Part shown: one piece after another, positions 27,817-36,800 of the stretch
Layout of the letters: every line of letters starts with the position of its first letter
How positions within the stretch are numbered: position 1 is the first letter of the stretch
NCBI GenBank assembly: GCA_049510745.1
Contig: JBEKYR010000043.1
Coordinates: 1-46,219 of the forward strand
Origin: Verrucomicrobiota bacterium
Lineage (GTDB): Bacteria; Verrucomicrobiota; Verrucomicrobiia; Limisphaerales; Palsa-1400
DNA: 46,219 nucleotides
Reading direction: 5' to 3'
Position numbers and translations under genes: made by a program
The notes under the pieces: generated by a model
Told to the model about the DNA's origin: nothing
Database searches by the model: none
The model's input: the letters and a program-made list of their open reading frames with translations, nothing else

Positions 27817-30800
27817 TTTCGTGACGATCATTTTAGGCCTCTGCTCCGCCAGCGCGCAAACCGGCTTCTCAGACGGCATTGAAAACGACATGGTCGCCGC
27901 TGTCTCCGGCGAAACCAATTTCACCAGCATTGGCCTCGCCGCGGAGGAAGGCACGGTTTGGTTTGGCGATGTGACTGTGGCGCAGGCGTCTGATTTAAGC
28001 CCGATTTCAAACACCAGTCTGTGGGCCATGGGCTGGAATAATTATGGCCAGTTGGGCGACGGCACCACTGACAACGGCAACTACCACACCAACCTCCCGG
28101 AGATGATTGTATCCAGCAGGGTCACGGCCATTGCCGCCGGAGCCGATTACAGCCTGTTTCTCAAGAGCGACGGAAGTCTGTGGGCTATGGGCAATAACCA
28201 ATATGGCCAGTTGGGCGACGGCACCACTAATCTACATCTCCTTCCCGAGCAGATTGTGCCGAGCGACGTCACGGCGATTGCCGCCGGAGCCTACCACAGC
28301 CTGTTTCTCAAGAGCGACGGCAGTCTGTGGGCCATGGGCTGGAATTATTATGGCCAGTTGGGCGACGGCACTATGAATTTAGAGAGCCTTCGTCCCGAGC
28401 AGATTGAGCCGAGCCACGTCACGGCGATTGCCGCCGGAGCCAGCCACAGCCTCTTTCTCAAGAGCGACGGCAGTCTGTGGGCCATGGGCTGGAATAGTTA
28501 TGGGCAGTTGGGCGACGGAACTTTCAATTCAGAGAGCCTCAGTCCCGAGCAGATTGTGTCGAGCCACGTCACGGCGATTGCCGGCGGAGCCAGCCACAGC
28601 TTGTTTCTCAAGAGCGACGGCAGCCTGTGGGCCATGGGCTGGAATAATTATGGCCAGTTGGGCGACGGCACCACCGATAACGGCACCTTCGACACCAACG
28701 CTCCCGAGCAGATTGAGTCGAGCAACGTCACGGCGATCGCTGCCGGATGGTTCCACAGCCTGTTTGTCATGACAGACGGCAGCCTGTGGGTTATGGGCGA
28801 TAACGAATATGGCCAGTTGGGCGACGGCACTACCAATTCACAACTCCTCCCCGAGCAGATTATGTCGAGCAACGTCACGGTGATTGCCGCCGGAGCCTAC
28901 CACAGCCTGGTTCTCAAGAGCGACGGCAGCCTGTGGGTTATGGGCGATAACGGATATGGTCAGTTGGGCGACGGCAGTTTAACCCAAACCAACCTTCCCG
29001 AGAAGATTATGGGCAGCAATGTTACGGCGATTGCTGCCGGATACTACCACAGCCTGTTTATTGGCGCTTCCGGGACGCCGGCCACCGGGCAGCTCCAAGT
29101 CACGCTCGTTCCGCCCGCCGCCAACGGCCAATGGCGCTTTCCGTGGGAAGTGAATTGGCGTAATAGCGGCTCGGTGGCAACGAATCTTGTCGCGGGCGAG
29201 TATCCCATCGTGTTTAGCACTGTGCCAGGCTACTTGATCCTCCCGCTCTCAGGGCCGGTGACCGTCACCAGTGGCGCGACAACGTTCGTCACCAATCAGT
29301 ATCGTGCCAATACCTCGTCGAGCAACGTGAACACAGTGGGATTGCTCACGGTAAACCTTGGGCCAAGCCCGCCCAGCGGAGCCGGTTGGGGGATCCTGGG
29401 CGGCGCTCCGCCCTCCTTCCCTTCCGGCTACAGTATCAACCTGGCGGCTGGAACCTATCTGATTGATTTCGCGCCGGTCGCCGGATTTGCCACGCCCGCC
29501 AATCTCTCCGTTCTGGTCGTGCCAGGTGTTCCAATGGTGCTGGCGGTAACCTATCAGCAGGATTTAACAAATCCGCCGACCGGCTTTAGTTTGCCCGTGC
29601 CGGTTCCGTCCGGCAACATCGGGGACCTGACCAATCCTTTTGGGTTTAATGGCCAGTTGGTTTCGGATGTGGGCTACGGGAGCGGGGTGGCGGTGCAGAC
29701 GAACGTGGTGCTGACGGCAGCGCACCTGGTGTTCAACGACCAGACTCTGTCTTACGCGAGCCAAGCCACTTGGTTTTTCCAGGAGGAAACAGGTGTTTTT
29801 GCGCCGGACCCGATGCAGGCGCGAGGCTGGTATGTGCTCAGCGGCTATGCGGCGCAACGAATCAGCGATGTGCAGGGTGGCCTCGGACAGTATCAATCGA
29901 CGCCGGCGTCGCGGAACCTGGACGTGGCGGCATTGTACTTTACGTCAGCGGTGGCGGGAGGCGGTTATGCAGAATGTCTGTTTTCAGATGCGACGATCAA
30001 TCCCTGGCTGACGAGCACGAATGAGAAGATGCTGGTGGGTTACCCGGTGGACGGGTCGCAGTTTGACGTCGCCAACATTGTCAATGGCGAGATGTATGAA
30101 ATCCTGCCACAAACGAATGCTCTGAGTCAGGCCACAGATGATCCTTCGGCAAACGAGCAGGTTTACCTGGCCACCTGGTTTTTGAGTTATCCGGGCAACA
30201 ACGGAGGTTCGCTTTATGTGCAATCCAACGGCCTTTATTATCCGGCAGCCGTGTATTTGGAAACATTGTTCAACGGCAGTCAGCCCTATGCGTCGGCCGT
30301 GCGGGCCATTAATAGCGACGTGACGAACCTGATCAATCTGGCGGCAACCGAGGGTGACAGCGGGTCGAACTTTGGCGGTGGCGGCGTGGTTACTCTTAGC
30401 GGCGTGGTGCTTGGCGGCTGGATGCGGGGCTCATCCAGTCAGGTCAGCTCGAACAATCCCGGCTATGTGCAAATACAACTTCAGCCGGCCTCGGCGGTGG
30501 AGGCCGGGGCCGGTTGGCGTTTGCAGGGTGATGCCACCTATAACATCTCGGACGGCGTTGAGTTGGTGTATTCAAGCAATGTGCTGATCGAGTTCGCCCC
30601 GGTCAACGGGTATAGCCTGCCCACGAATCAGACCATAACAGTGGTGCCAGGGCAGGTCTCTAGCAGCATTGCGCTTTACGCGACCAATTCTAGTTTTGTG
30701 CCGGCGCCGGCCGGGGGGCTGACGGTTCTGACCAATGGCGTCGGCAAAATCACCAGCGCCAGTGGGGCCACCAATGGCGCGCTCTTGAAAACGGGCAAGA

Positions 30801-31993
30801 GATACAACATCACTGCGTCAGTGCTGCCCGGAAGCAACTGGTTCTTTGCCAATTGGAGCGGCGGCACCAATATCGGCAGCCTTGCCGTCCTCTCCACCAA
30901 CCGGGCTCTTTCCTTCATCATGTCCAACAATTTGATTCTGGAGGCCAATTTTGTGACCAATCCTTTCATCGCCTTTGCCGGTGTTTATAACGGCCTTTTT
31001 GCCAGCGCGAGTGGCGTGACCGAACAAACGGCGGGGATGCTCAAAGGGCTGGCCATCGGCCAGAAGGGAACTTACAGCGGGACGCTTCTTATCAACGGCG
31101 CAAGCCATGCCTTCAGCGGCGCCTTTGATTTGGCCGGTCAGGCCACCAAGCATGTTTCACGCGCGGCCAGTCAGGGAGGCCCTCTGACGCTGGAAATGAG
31201 ATTGTTGAACCTGAACAATTCGCCGCCGCAGGTCACAGGCACGGTTTCCGGGACCAATAAAGATGTCCCTTGGGTGGCCACTCTGACTGCCGACCGGGCC
31301 ACCAACAGGCTGGCCTCGTCTGAGTACACCATGCTCATCCAGCCCGACACCAATAGTGCGCCGGCCAATTCGCCCGGCGGCGACGGCTATGCCCTGATGA
31401 CCAATTACGCGGGCACGGCCAGGAACCCCGCCGCAGCCACCGCCAAAATCACCGGGGCCTTGGCCGATGGCACCGCCTTTAGTCAATCGGTGCCCGTTTC
31501 CCAAACCGGCTATGTTCCCATCTACGCCAATCTTTACAACAACAAAGGACTGCTTCTGGGCTGGATTAATCTGGACCCCAGCAACGCTCCCGGGGCTGGT
31601 CTGGTCTGGGTTCATCCCGCCCTCCACTCGGGCTTATTCAAAGACGCGTTCACCAGCACCAACCCAATTGCTCTTTCCCGGTGGACCAATCCCCCGGCGA
31701 GCATTGTCCTGGCAAATCTGACAAACCTGTCGATTCTTGATCCTATCAACGACACCGCCATTGAGACGAACGACTTTGCTATAACGATCAGCAACAACTT
31801 CAAGTTAGGCAAAGTGTCCGGTCCCACGCCCTTGAGCGGTTCGCTCGCCCCCAAAACGGGTCTGTTGACAGTTACCATCGGCAGTGGCGCATCCAAGGTG
31901 ACCGGCCACGGCACGATTTTGCTCAATGCCACCAATGGCGGCGGATATTTTCTGACTAAAACCAACGCCCAAGCCATCCAACTGGGACCGTAA
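27800..31993 (+). CDS. Large secreted protein: 7 RCC1 repeats, trypsin-like domain lacking catalytic Ser, C-terminal beta-rich domain
   Basis: Signal peptide; SLWAMGxNxYGQLGDG x7; GSGV..VLTAAHL, LDVAAL, LVGYP, YPGNNGGS. Confidence 0.82.
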   Translation: MFARISFVTIILGLCSASAQTGFSDGIENDMVAAVSGETNFTSIGLAAEEGTVWFGDVTVAQASDLSPISNTSLWAMGWNNYGQLGDGTTDNGNYHTNLPEMIVSSRVTAIAAGADYSLFLKSDGSLWAMGNNQYGQLGDGTTNLHLLPEQIVPSDVTAIAAGAYHSLFLKSDGSLWAMGWNYYGQLGDGTMNLESLRPEQIEPSHVTAIAAGASHSLFLKSDGSLWAMGWNSYGQLGDGTFNSESLSPEQIVSSHVTAIAGGASHSLFLKSDGSLWAMGWNNYGQLGDGTTDNGTFDTNAPEQIESSNVTAIAAGWFHSLFVMTDGSLWVMGDNEYGQLGDGTTNSQLLPEQIMSSNVTVIAAGAYHSLVLKSDGSLWVMGDNGYGQLGDGSLTQTNLPEKIMGSNVTAIAAGYYHSLFIGASGTPATGQLQVTLVPPAANGQWRFPWEVNWRNSGSVATNLVAGEYPIVFSTVPGYLILPLSGPVTVTSGATTFVTNQYRANTSSSNVNTVGLLTVNLGPSPPSGAGWGILGGAPPSFPSGYSINLAAGTYLIDFAPVAGFATPANLSVLVVPGVPMVLAVTYQQDLTNPPTGFSLPVPVPSGNIGDLTNPFGFNGQLVSDVGYGSGVAVQTNVVLTAAHLVFNDQTLSYASQATWFFQEETGVFAPDPMQARGWYVLSGYAAQRISDVQGGLGQYQSTPASRNLDVAALYFTSAVAGGGYAECLFSDATINPWLTSTNEKMLVGYPVDGSQFDVANIVNGEMYEILPQTNALSQATDDPSANEQVYLATWFLSYPGNNGGSLYVQSNGLYYPAAVYLETLFNGSQPYASAVRAINSDVTNLINLAATEGDSGSNFGGGGVVTLSGVVLGGWMRGSSSQVSSNNPGYVQIQLQPASAVEAGAGWRLQGDATYNISDGVELVYSSNVLIEFAPVNGYSLPTNQTITVVPGQVSSSIALYATNSSFVPAPAGGLTVLTNGVGKITSASGATNGALLKTGKRYNITASVLPGSNWFFANWSGGTNIGSLAVLSTNRALSFIMSNNLILEANFVTNPFIAFAGVYNGLFASASGVTEQTAGMLKGLAIGQKGTYSGTLLINGASHAFSGAFDLAGQATKHVSRAASQGGPLTLEMRLLNLNNSPPQVTGTVSGTNKDVPWVATLTADRATNRLASSEYTMLIQPDTNSAPANSPGGDGYALMTNYAGTARNPAAATAKITGALADGTAFSQSVPVSQTGYVPIYANLYNNKGLLLGWINLDPSNAPGAGLVWVHPALHSGLFKDAFTSTNPIALSRWTNPPASIVLANLTNLSILDPINDTAIETNDFAITISNNFKLGKVSGPTPLSGSLAPKTGLLTVTIGSGASKVTGHGTILLNATNGGGYFLTKTNAQAIQLGP
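28016..29060 (+). repeat. Intragenic tandem repeat, about 150-160 bp x7 (RCC1 units)
   Basis: Recurrent ctgtgggccatgggc..tatggccagttgggcgacggca and cacggcgattgccgccggagc..cacagcctgtttctcaagagcgacgg. Confidence 0.9.
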
Positions 31994-32000
31994 GACGGTC

Positions 32001-32207
32001 TTAGGCTTGCTTCCAATTGCGCAAGGTCATCGTCAGGCCGACGATGGCGGCGACGCTGCCGCCGATGAGCATCCAGACGGCCTTGTCAGTCGGCGAGCCG
32101 GTAAAGAACCGGGAAACGTCGGAGCTGAAGGAATTTGTGGCGTTGACGCCAACAATGATGAGGACGACCCCGCCAACCAGCAGGGCCAGGGAGACGATCT
32201 TATTCAT
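32001..32207 (-). CDS. DUF3185-family small membrane protein
   Basis: MNKIVSLALLVGGVVLII..SSDVSRFFTGSPTDKAVWMLIGG. Confidence 0.85.
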   Translation of the reverse strand: MNKIVSLALLVGGVVLIIVGVNATNSFSSDVSRFFTGSPTDKAVWMLIGGSVAAIVGLTMTLRNWKQA

Positions 32208-32268
32208 AAAAAGCTTTCAATGAGTTTTCAATTTATCGGAGGGCTAATCGGCTCTTCATTTCCCCCAA

Positions 32269-32421
32269 TCACAAAACTGGTTTGCGGCCGGAAATGAGGT
32301 TGACGAGTATCATGACGATGGCGATCACCAGCAGGATGTGAATAAACCCGCCGATGGTGTAACTGCTGACCATGCCAAGCAGCCACAAAATGATCAATAC
32401 TATTGCAAGTGTGTATAACAT
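32269..32421 (-). CDS. lmo0937-family (DUF5670) small membrane protein, absent from the ORF track
   Basis: Manual translation MLYTLAIVLIILWLLGMVSSYTIGGFIHILLVIAIVMILVNLISGRKPVL*. Confidence 0.88.
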   Translation of the reverse strand: MLYTLAIVLIILWLLGMVSSYTIGGFIHILLVIAIVMILVNLISGRKPVL

Positions 32422-32496
32422 ATAATTTTTCTTTCAGTTTCTTTTGTTCACTGCGGGCCGGCGCGTTTTTGCGCCAGCCCAAAGTAATAGGCCGGT

Positions 32497-33282
32497 TCAG
32501 TTATTCGATGCAGTCACGACCTCGATGGTCATGTTGTTGATCACGCTGACGACGCCGTTGATGTCGGCGGCCAGCTTGGTGACCAGACTTTTCTCGGCGG
32601 AGTTTTTGGCAATGCCGCTCAAGGTGACGACGCCGTCGGACGTTGAAACCGTGGTGTGCAGGGCGCTGGTGGAGCGGTGAGCCAGCAAGGAGGATTTGAC
32701 CTGGGCGGTGATGGAGGCGTCATCGATTTTCTCGCCGATGGTGGTGTCCGGCGCTGGCGGAGTTTTGGCGACTGTCATGTCGTTCTTAACCTCTTTGACA
32801 TTGTCGATGTCCCGGGCGTACTCGGTGGTGAGTTCCTTTTGGGCCAGACTGCTGGCTTCACCCTGCAAAGTGACGATGCCGTCTTTGACATAGACGGTGG
32901 TTCCGCTGGCGCTGACATTGCGATGGAAAAGAAGCGTGGTTTTCACTTTTGTGCAGATCCAGCCATCGGAATGTTCGGCGGGTTGTTCGCCGGTGACTTG
33001 CAGTTGGTTGTCCACACTTTTGACTCCCGGCAGGCTGGCCACAGTATCCTGGGCCAGGGACTTATGGGACGGTTCGGCGACCGTGCCGGTCAGCGTGACG
33101 ATGCCGTTTTTGGACTGGGTCTTGATGGAATCGTCCTTGAGGTAGGTTTTGAACACGTAGGACTTTGCGGCGGAGGCCTCGATGCGGCTGTCCGTCTCGG
33201 ACGCGCGCGATGAGGTGCTGGTGGCTAAGATGGCGCTCGTGGCTGCGAGGAGCGCGAGCAAGCCGGTAATTTTCATTTTCAT
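32497..33282 (-). CDS. Periplasmic BON-domain protein (OsmY-like, three BON domains)
   Basis: Signal peptide; three G(I/V)VTLxG...V(D/K/I)NxL/M repeats; DDASITAQVK. Confidence 0.9.
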   Translation of the reverse strand: MKMKITGLLALLAATSAILATSTSSRASETDSRIEASAAKSYVFKTYLKDDSIKTQSKNGIVTLTGTVAEPSHKSLAQDTVASLPGVKSVDNQLQVTGEQPAEHSDGWICTKVKTTLLFHRNVSASGTTVYVKDGIVTLQGEASSLAQKELTTEYARDIDNVKEVKNDMTVAKTPPAPDTTIGEKIDDASITAQVKSSLLAHRSTSALHTTVSTSDGVVTLSGIAKNSAEKSLVTKLAADINGVVSVINNMTIEVVTASNN

Positions 33283-33338
33283 TATGTTCTTACTTTCAAT
33301 TGCTGCTATAATATGTTTGTTTTTAACATCCAAGCCAC

Positions 33339-33383
33339 ACTATAAGTCCCGCGCCGATTCCTGGCTATGGGGTGTAACCCTAC
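33339..33383 (-). promoter_or_regulatory. Regulon box 1 plus -10 element, upstream of BON / lmo0937 / DUF3185
   Basis: ATGGGGTGTAACCCTAC at 33367-33383; TATAGT (minus) at 33339-33344; 22-nt gap. Confidence 0.7.
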
Positions 33384-33410
33384 CGCGGACCAGAACTGCC
33401 TCAAGGTCCA

Positions 33411-34394
33411 TCATGGATAGAACGCCCGGTAGAAGCGCATGGCCGCAGCCGAAGCCGTGGTGTCGAGATACGTGTAAGGGCTGACGGTCGGGGTCGGCGT
33501 GGCGAGAGTGGTCCAGTTTATCAGGTTCGTGGAGGTTTGCAGCGTGAGGGTGAAGTTCGGCGTGTTGTTGATGACGAGCGTGACTGTGCCGTTGGCCGCG
33601 CGGGAAATGGGGCCGAAGATTGGCGGCGCCGGCAGCAGGTTTGGAATGGTGATGGTTGTGGATTCCAAAGTGACCGCGGCAGTCTGTGCCAACGCCCTGC
33701 CGTCCAGCGTTGCGCCGGTGGCAAACGTGATCGAGTCATGGGCCATGATGGTTCCTTGGAAGATCGTGGTCGTTCCAAGCGCGGCAGAAGTGCCGACCTG
33801 CCAAAAAATGTTGGAAGCCTGGGCGCCGCCGGCAAGGATGACCTGGATGCCATCGTCCACGGTGAGTGTAGAGGCTATCTGAAAAATCCAGACATCAGTT
33901 GCTCCGCCCGCGAGCATAAGGGCTGATCCCGATATTAAAGCGGCCCCCGTGAATTTGTAAAGACCACCATTGCTGAGGGTCAGCCCGCCTAAATTTCCGC
34001 TGCCGGGATTCAAAAAAGGGCCCGTCGGCACCGGGGTTCGTCCGGCAGCGTCGTTATAGGCGATGGTCAAATCGCCCTGGGCACGAGTCAACATAACGGC
34101 AGTGGCCCCTCCATCACTGGCCGCATAGATTGACCCGGTCACTTCTGGCGACGTTAATCCACTTATGTAAGACCTGGCCGCTGGACTCAATCCGACGTCT
34201 CCCGTAATAGCAGACGCGGGGACGTCGGTAATTTCGCTCGCCGCCAGAATCGCGAAACGGCTGGTGGATAAAAGGTTTACCGGCAACTGCCCCGCCGTGG
34301 CGCCAGGGTGCGGAAAGATCACGGCCATCGCCAGGCCGATGATCAGTCCCCGGACATTGAAAGTGTTGTTCTTATTTACAAATGTGTTTTCCAT
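33411..34394 (-). CDS. DUF3494 ice-binding-like protein with C-terminal ...RFYR domain
   Basis: VNLLSTSRFAILA, ITGDVGLSP, AQGDLTIAYNDAAG, WIFQI, NIFWQVGTSA, GRALAQTAAVTL. Confidence 0.9.
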   Translation of the reverse strand: MENTFVNKNNTFNVRGLIIGLAMAVIFPHPGATAGQLPVNLLSTSRFAILAASEITDVPASAITGDVGLSPAARSYISGLTSPEVTGSIYAASDGGATAVMLTRAQGDLTIAYNDAAGRTPVPTGPFLNPGSGNLGGLTLSNGGLYKFTGAALISGSALMLAGGATDVWIFQIASTLTVDDGIQVILAGGAQASNIFWQVGTSAALGTTTIFQGTIMAHDSITFATGATLDGRALAQTAAVTLESTTITIPNLLPAPPIFGPISRAANGTVTLVINNTPNFTLTLQTSTNLINWTTLATPTPTVSPYTYLDTTASAAAMRFYRAFYP

Positions 34395-34442
34395 TAAAAT
34401 CTCCTTCGTTTTTCATGTTTGTTGGCCTGCAGGCATATCGCC

Positions 34443-34847
34443 TCACGGCGCGATTCTGTCGCTCACCCACTGGCGCGCCTGGTGGAAACCGTCCTTTAAC
34501 TCAATGTAGGCTGTCCGTGAGCCGGCCTTGACGTCGTCCCAGGTGGCCTCAGTGGCGCTCATGACGGCGTCGAGCTGCTGATGCAATTTGGCGGTTTGAT
34601 CGCGCAACGCCTGATGTTTGGGTTGGGCTTCGGCCTTGATGGCGGCGCTGGATTTTTCGATTTTGGCGGCGATCTGGTCCAAATCCCGGTTGATCTCGGC
34701 CATCTGGCCCCGCATTTTTTCGACGAAGGCAGCCTTTTGTGCGAAGGTGTAGTCCTTCATATCCTGAACGGCTGCTTTCGTTTTGGTTTTGACCTCGTCA
34801 AGCTGCTGAGAGGCGGGGGGCGTGATGGCTGGTGTCGTCTGTTTCAT
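34443..34847 (-). CDS. Coiled-coil stress-type hypothetical protein
   Basis: Helical K/Q/A-rich ORF with ATEATWDDVKAG motif; preceded by regulon box 2; start uncertain. Confidence 0.65.
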   Translation of the reverse strand: MKQTTPAITPPASQQLDEVKTKTKAAVQDMKDYTFAQKAAFVEKMRGQMAEINRDLDQIAAKIEKSSAAIKAEAQPKHQALRDQTAKLHQQLDAVMSATEATWDDVKAGSRTAYIELKDGFHQARQWVSDRIAP

Positions 34848-34905
34848 AATTATGTCTTTCGTCGGATTTGAGATCTGCAATTGTTTTGTGTCGCGATTCT
34901 CAGTG

Positions 34906-34950
34906 ACGTTACGCCAGCGGGCGGCTCTCAGCTATGGGGTGTTACCCGAC
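34906..34950 (-). promoter_or_regulatory. Regulon box 2 plus -10 element
   Basis: ATGGGGTGTTACCCGAC at 34934-34950; TAACGT (minus) at 34906-34911; 22-nt gap. Confidence 0.7.
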
Positions 34951-35055
34951 CGTGCTGTGCGGGAGTCGGCGGCGAGGTTCAAGGGAATTGGGCAACCCGC
35001 CATTGAATTGCCGGAGGGGGCGTACGGGCGAGCAGCGGCCACCGGCATCAAACGC

Positions 35056-35083
35056 AAAAAAGGCCGCCTGCGATCAGGCGGCC
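35056..35083 (-). terminator. Rho-independent terminator of the VPDSG ice-binding gene
   Basis: Perfect 9-bp stem GGCCGCCTG-cgat-CAGGCGGCC followed by T6 on the minus strand. Confidence 0.8.
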
Positions 35084-35111
35084 GTTGCATTGCCGGGCAA
35101 AAGAGAAGCTG

Positions 35112-35999
35112 TTAAGCCGGGGAGGGGAACCGCCGTCTCAAGGCGAACAGAGCCGCCAATCCGGAGCCGAGCAGCAGAAGCGTGCTGCCACTATCCGGCG
35201 CCGGCGCGCCTCCATTACCGCCGTTACCGCCATTCCCTTGAACCTCCGCCGCCGGCACCGTAATGGTAGTGTCGATCAAGGTAACCGCAGCAGTCTCTGC
35301 CAGCAGCCGGCCATCCACCGTTGAGCCGCCGGCGTCCGAGATTGATGCCTTGGCCAGAATGTTCCCCTCGAAGTCAGTGTCTGTTCCGAGCGTCGCCGAA
35401 CTGCCGACCTGCCAAAAAACACTGATGCCTGGAGCGGAGTTGTCGTCGTTCTTCATTACCACTGAACTATCCGATCCCGTGGTGAGGGTTGATCCGATTT
35501 GGAAAACGAAGACTGGATCGGCGAGGCCCTCGCCGTCGAGCGTCAGGGTTCCGTCGAGCAGTATATCTGAGTAAGAAAAGGAGTAAACCCCGGGCTTCAA
35601 TGTCAGCCCCGCAAGTTCCTGGCCCGGGATATTCCCGGTCGGTGTAAGCCCGGCGGCTGTGTTATAGGCAGTGGTCAAGTCAGTTTGGGCTTGTTGGGCA
35701 ACCGCATCGGTCACATGCATTGTCCCATTGACTATTCCTGGCGGAAAGCCTGTCACCGAAGTACCTGGGTACAACCCAAGGTTCGCGTTAACAAGCTCCC
35801 CGTTAACGACGGAGTTTCCGGTGCTGGTGACAGTTGAGGCACCCAGCACCGCAAATTTGTTGGCCGTGCCAAGGTCCACCTCAGGCGGAGTTGCCATGGC
35901 GTTATCGTGCAGGAACGTCAGCGCGAGCGCAACGCCGAGGCCCAGGGGAATCCGCTTCGCGCCGTTCCGCATAGCCGTGAGGAAAAGGGTTTCTTTCAT
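35112..35999 (-). CDS. DUF3494 ice-binding-like protein with VPDSG-CTERM sorting signal
   Basis: VDLGTANKFAVLGASTVT, LTLKPGVY, FVFQIGSTLTT, VFWQVGSSATLG, GRLLA; tail APDSGSTLLLLGSGLAALFALRRR. Confidence 0.9.
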   Translation of the reverse strand: MKETLFLTAMRNGAKRIPLGLGVALALTFLHDNAMATPPEVDLGTANKFAVLGASTVTSTGNSVVNGELVNANLGLYPGTSVTGFPPGIVNGTMHVTDAVAQQAQTDLTTAYNTAAGLTPTGNIPGQELAGLTLKPGVYSFSYSDILLDGTLTLDGEGLADPVFVFQIGSTLTTGSDSSVVMKNDDNSAPGISVFWQVGSSATLGTDTDFEGNILAKASISDAGGSTVDGRLLAETAAVTLIDTTITVPAAEVQGNGGNGGNGGAPAPDSGSTLLLLGSGLAALFALRRRFPSPA

Positions 36000-36038
36000 T
36001 GTATGTTTTCCTTTCTTGTCAATTCGCATTGGACTTCC

Positions 36039-36084
36039 AATTTACATTTTAAACCGCGCCTCTGCGATGGGGTGAACACCTAAT
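36039..36084 (-). promoter_or_regulatory. Regulon box 3 plus -10 element
   Basis: ATGGGGTGAACACCTAAT at 36067-36084; TAAATT (minus) at 36039-36044; 22-nt gap. Confidence 0.65.
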
Positions 36085-36412
36085 AGCCCTGGCATGCGCA
36101 ATTGACGCACTCTATTACACACCGATCTATTAGTTCCTCATGTGCAGCTTATTACGTTCCGTATTTTGACATTACTGAATAAATCCATGCAAGTTGTTTA
36201 TATGGAACACAATATGATGTGAATAAGATTTTATCTTTTGGTCGAAAGAAAGCGAAACTGAAAAGAAATCCGACACTTTTTGAGGGCGAATATCTCATCT
36301 CTTTCATCAAATTCCCGCAAGAAATGCGTAAATTGCTGTCGCATAATCACTTACGGGAAACCGCTATCCAGCCTTTTTGATCCGCCTCAAAGTGTAAAGA
36401 AAAACCGGCGTT

Positions 36413-36556
36413 TTACAGTCCGGCGAAACCTCCGGCAGCGCCGTTTGTCAGTGGAAAGACGGCAGGAAAGGCAGGCGAACGGACGGACGACCACGCGGCA
36501 GCTTCGGCTTCCGCGTGGGATTTGTAAATCGCCACGACTGCATTGCTCTTAGTCAT
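36413..36556 (-). pseudogene. Truncated general-stress protein (YflT/DUF1269-like N-terminus)
   Basis: MTKSNAVVAIYKSHAEAEAA resembles the family start; sequence then diverges and stops at 47 aa; retains regulon box 4. Confidence 0.6.
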
Positions 36557-36603
36557 AAATATTCTGTTTTTCTTTTTTGTGATTTTGTTTATTCGCAAGT
36601 GAC

Positions 36604-36647
36604 ACACTAAACGTGGGCTGCCTCTTTGCCATGGCGTGTAACCCCAA
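36604..36647 (-). promoter_or_regulatory. Regulon box 4 plus -10 element
   Basis: ATGGCGTGTAACCCCAA at 36631-36647; TAGTGT (minus) at 36604-36609; 21-nt gap. Confidence 0.6.
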
Positions 36648-36683
36648 GGTGGATGATAAGAGGCGCTTTACCGAAAATTTGCT

Positions 36684-36701
36684 ATGGGGTGTTTACCCCA
36701 T
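36684..36701. promoter_or_regulatory. Regulon box 5 (perfect palindrome) upstream of the kinase-kai operon
   Basis: ATGGGGT-gttt-ACCCCAT. Confidence 0.7.
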
Positions 36702-36800
36702 ATACAAATTAAGGCCATGGCCCGATGTTTACATTGGATTGGCGGCGTGCCGTGGAGAGATCAAGCATCCCGGAGAATCCCGCCTATCCGGCATGAGAGC

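Noticed and set aside
28016..29060. CRISPR array or DGR template/variable repeat
   Set aside because: Units are in-frame RCC1 coding repeats with no unique spacers; no cas or reverse transcriptase gene; differences are not adenine-specific.
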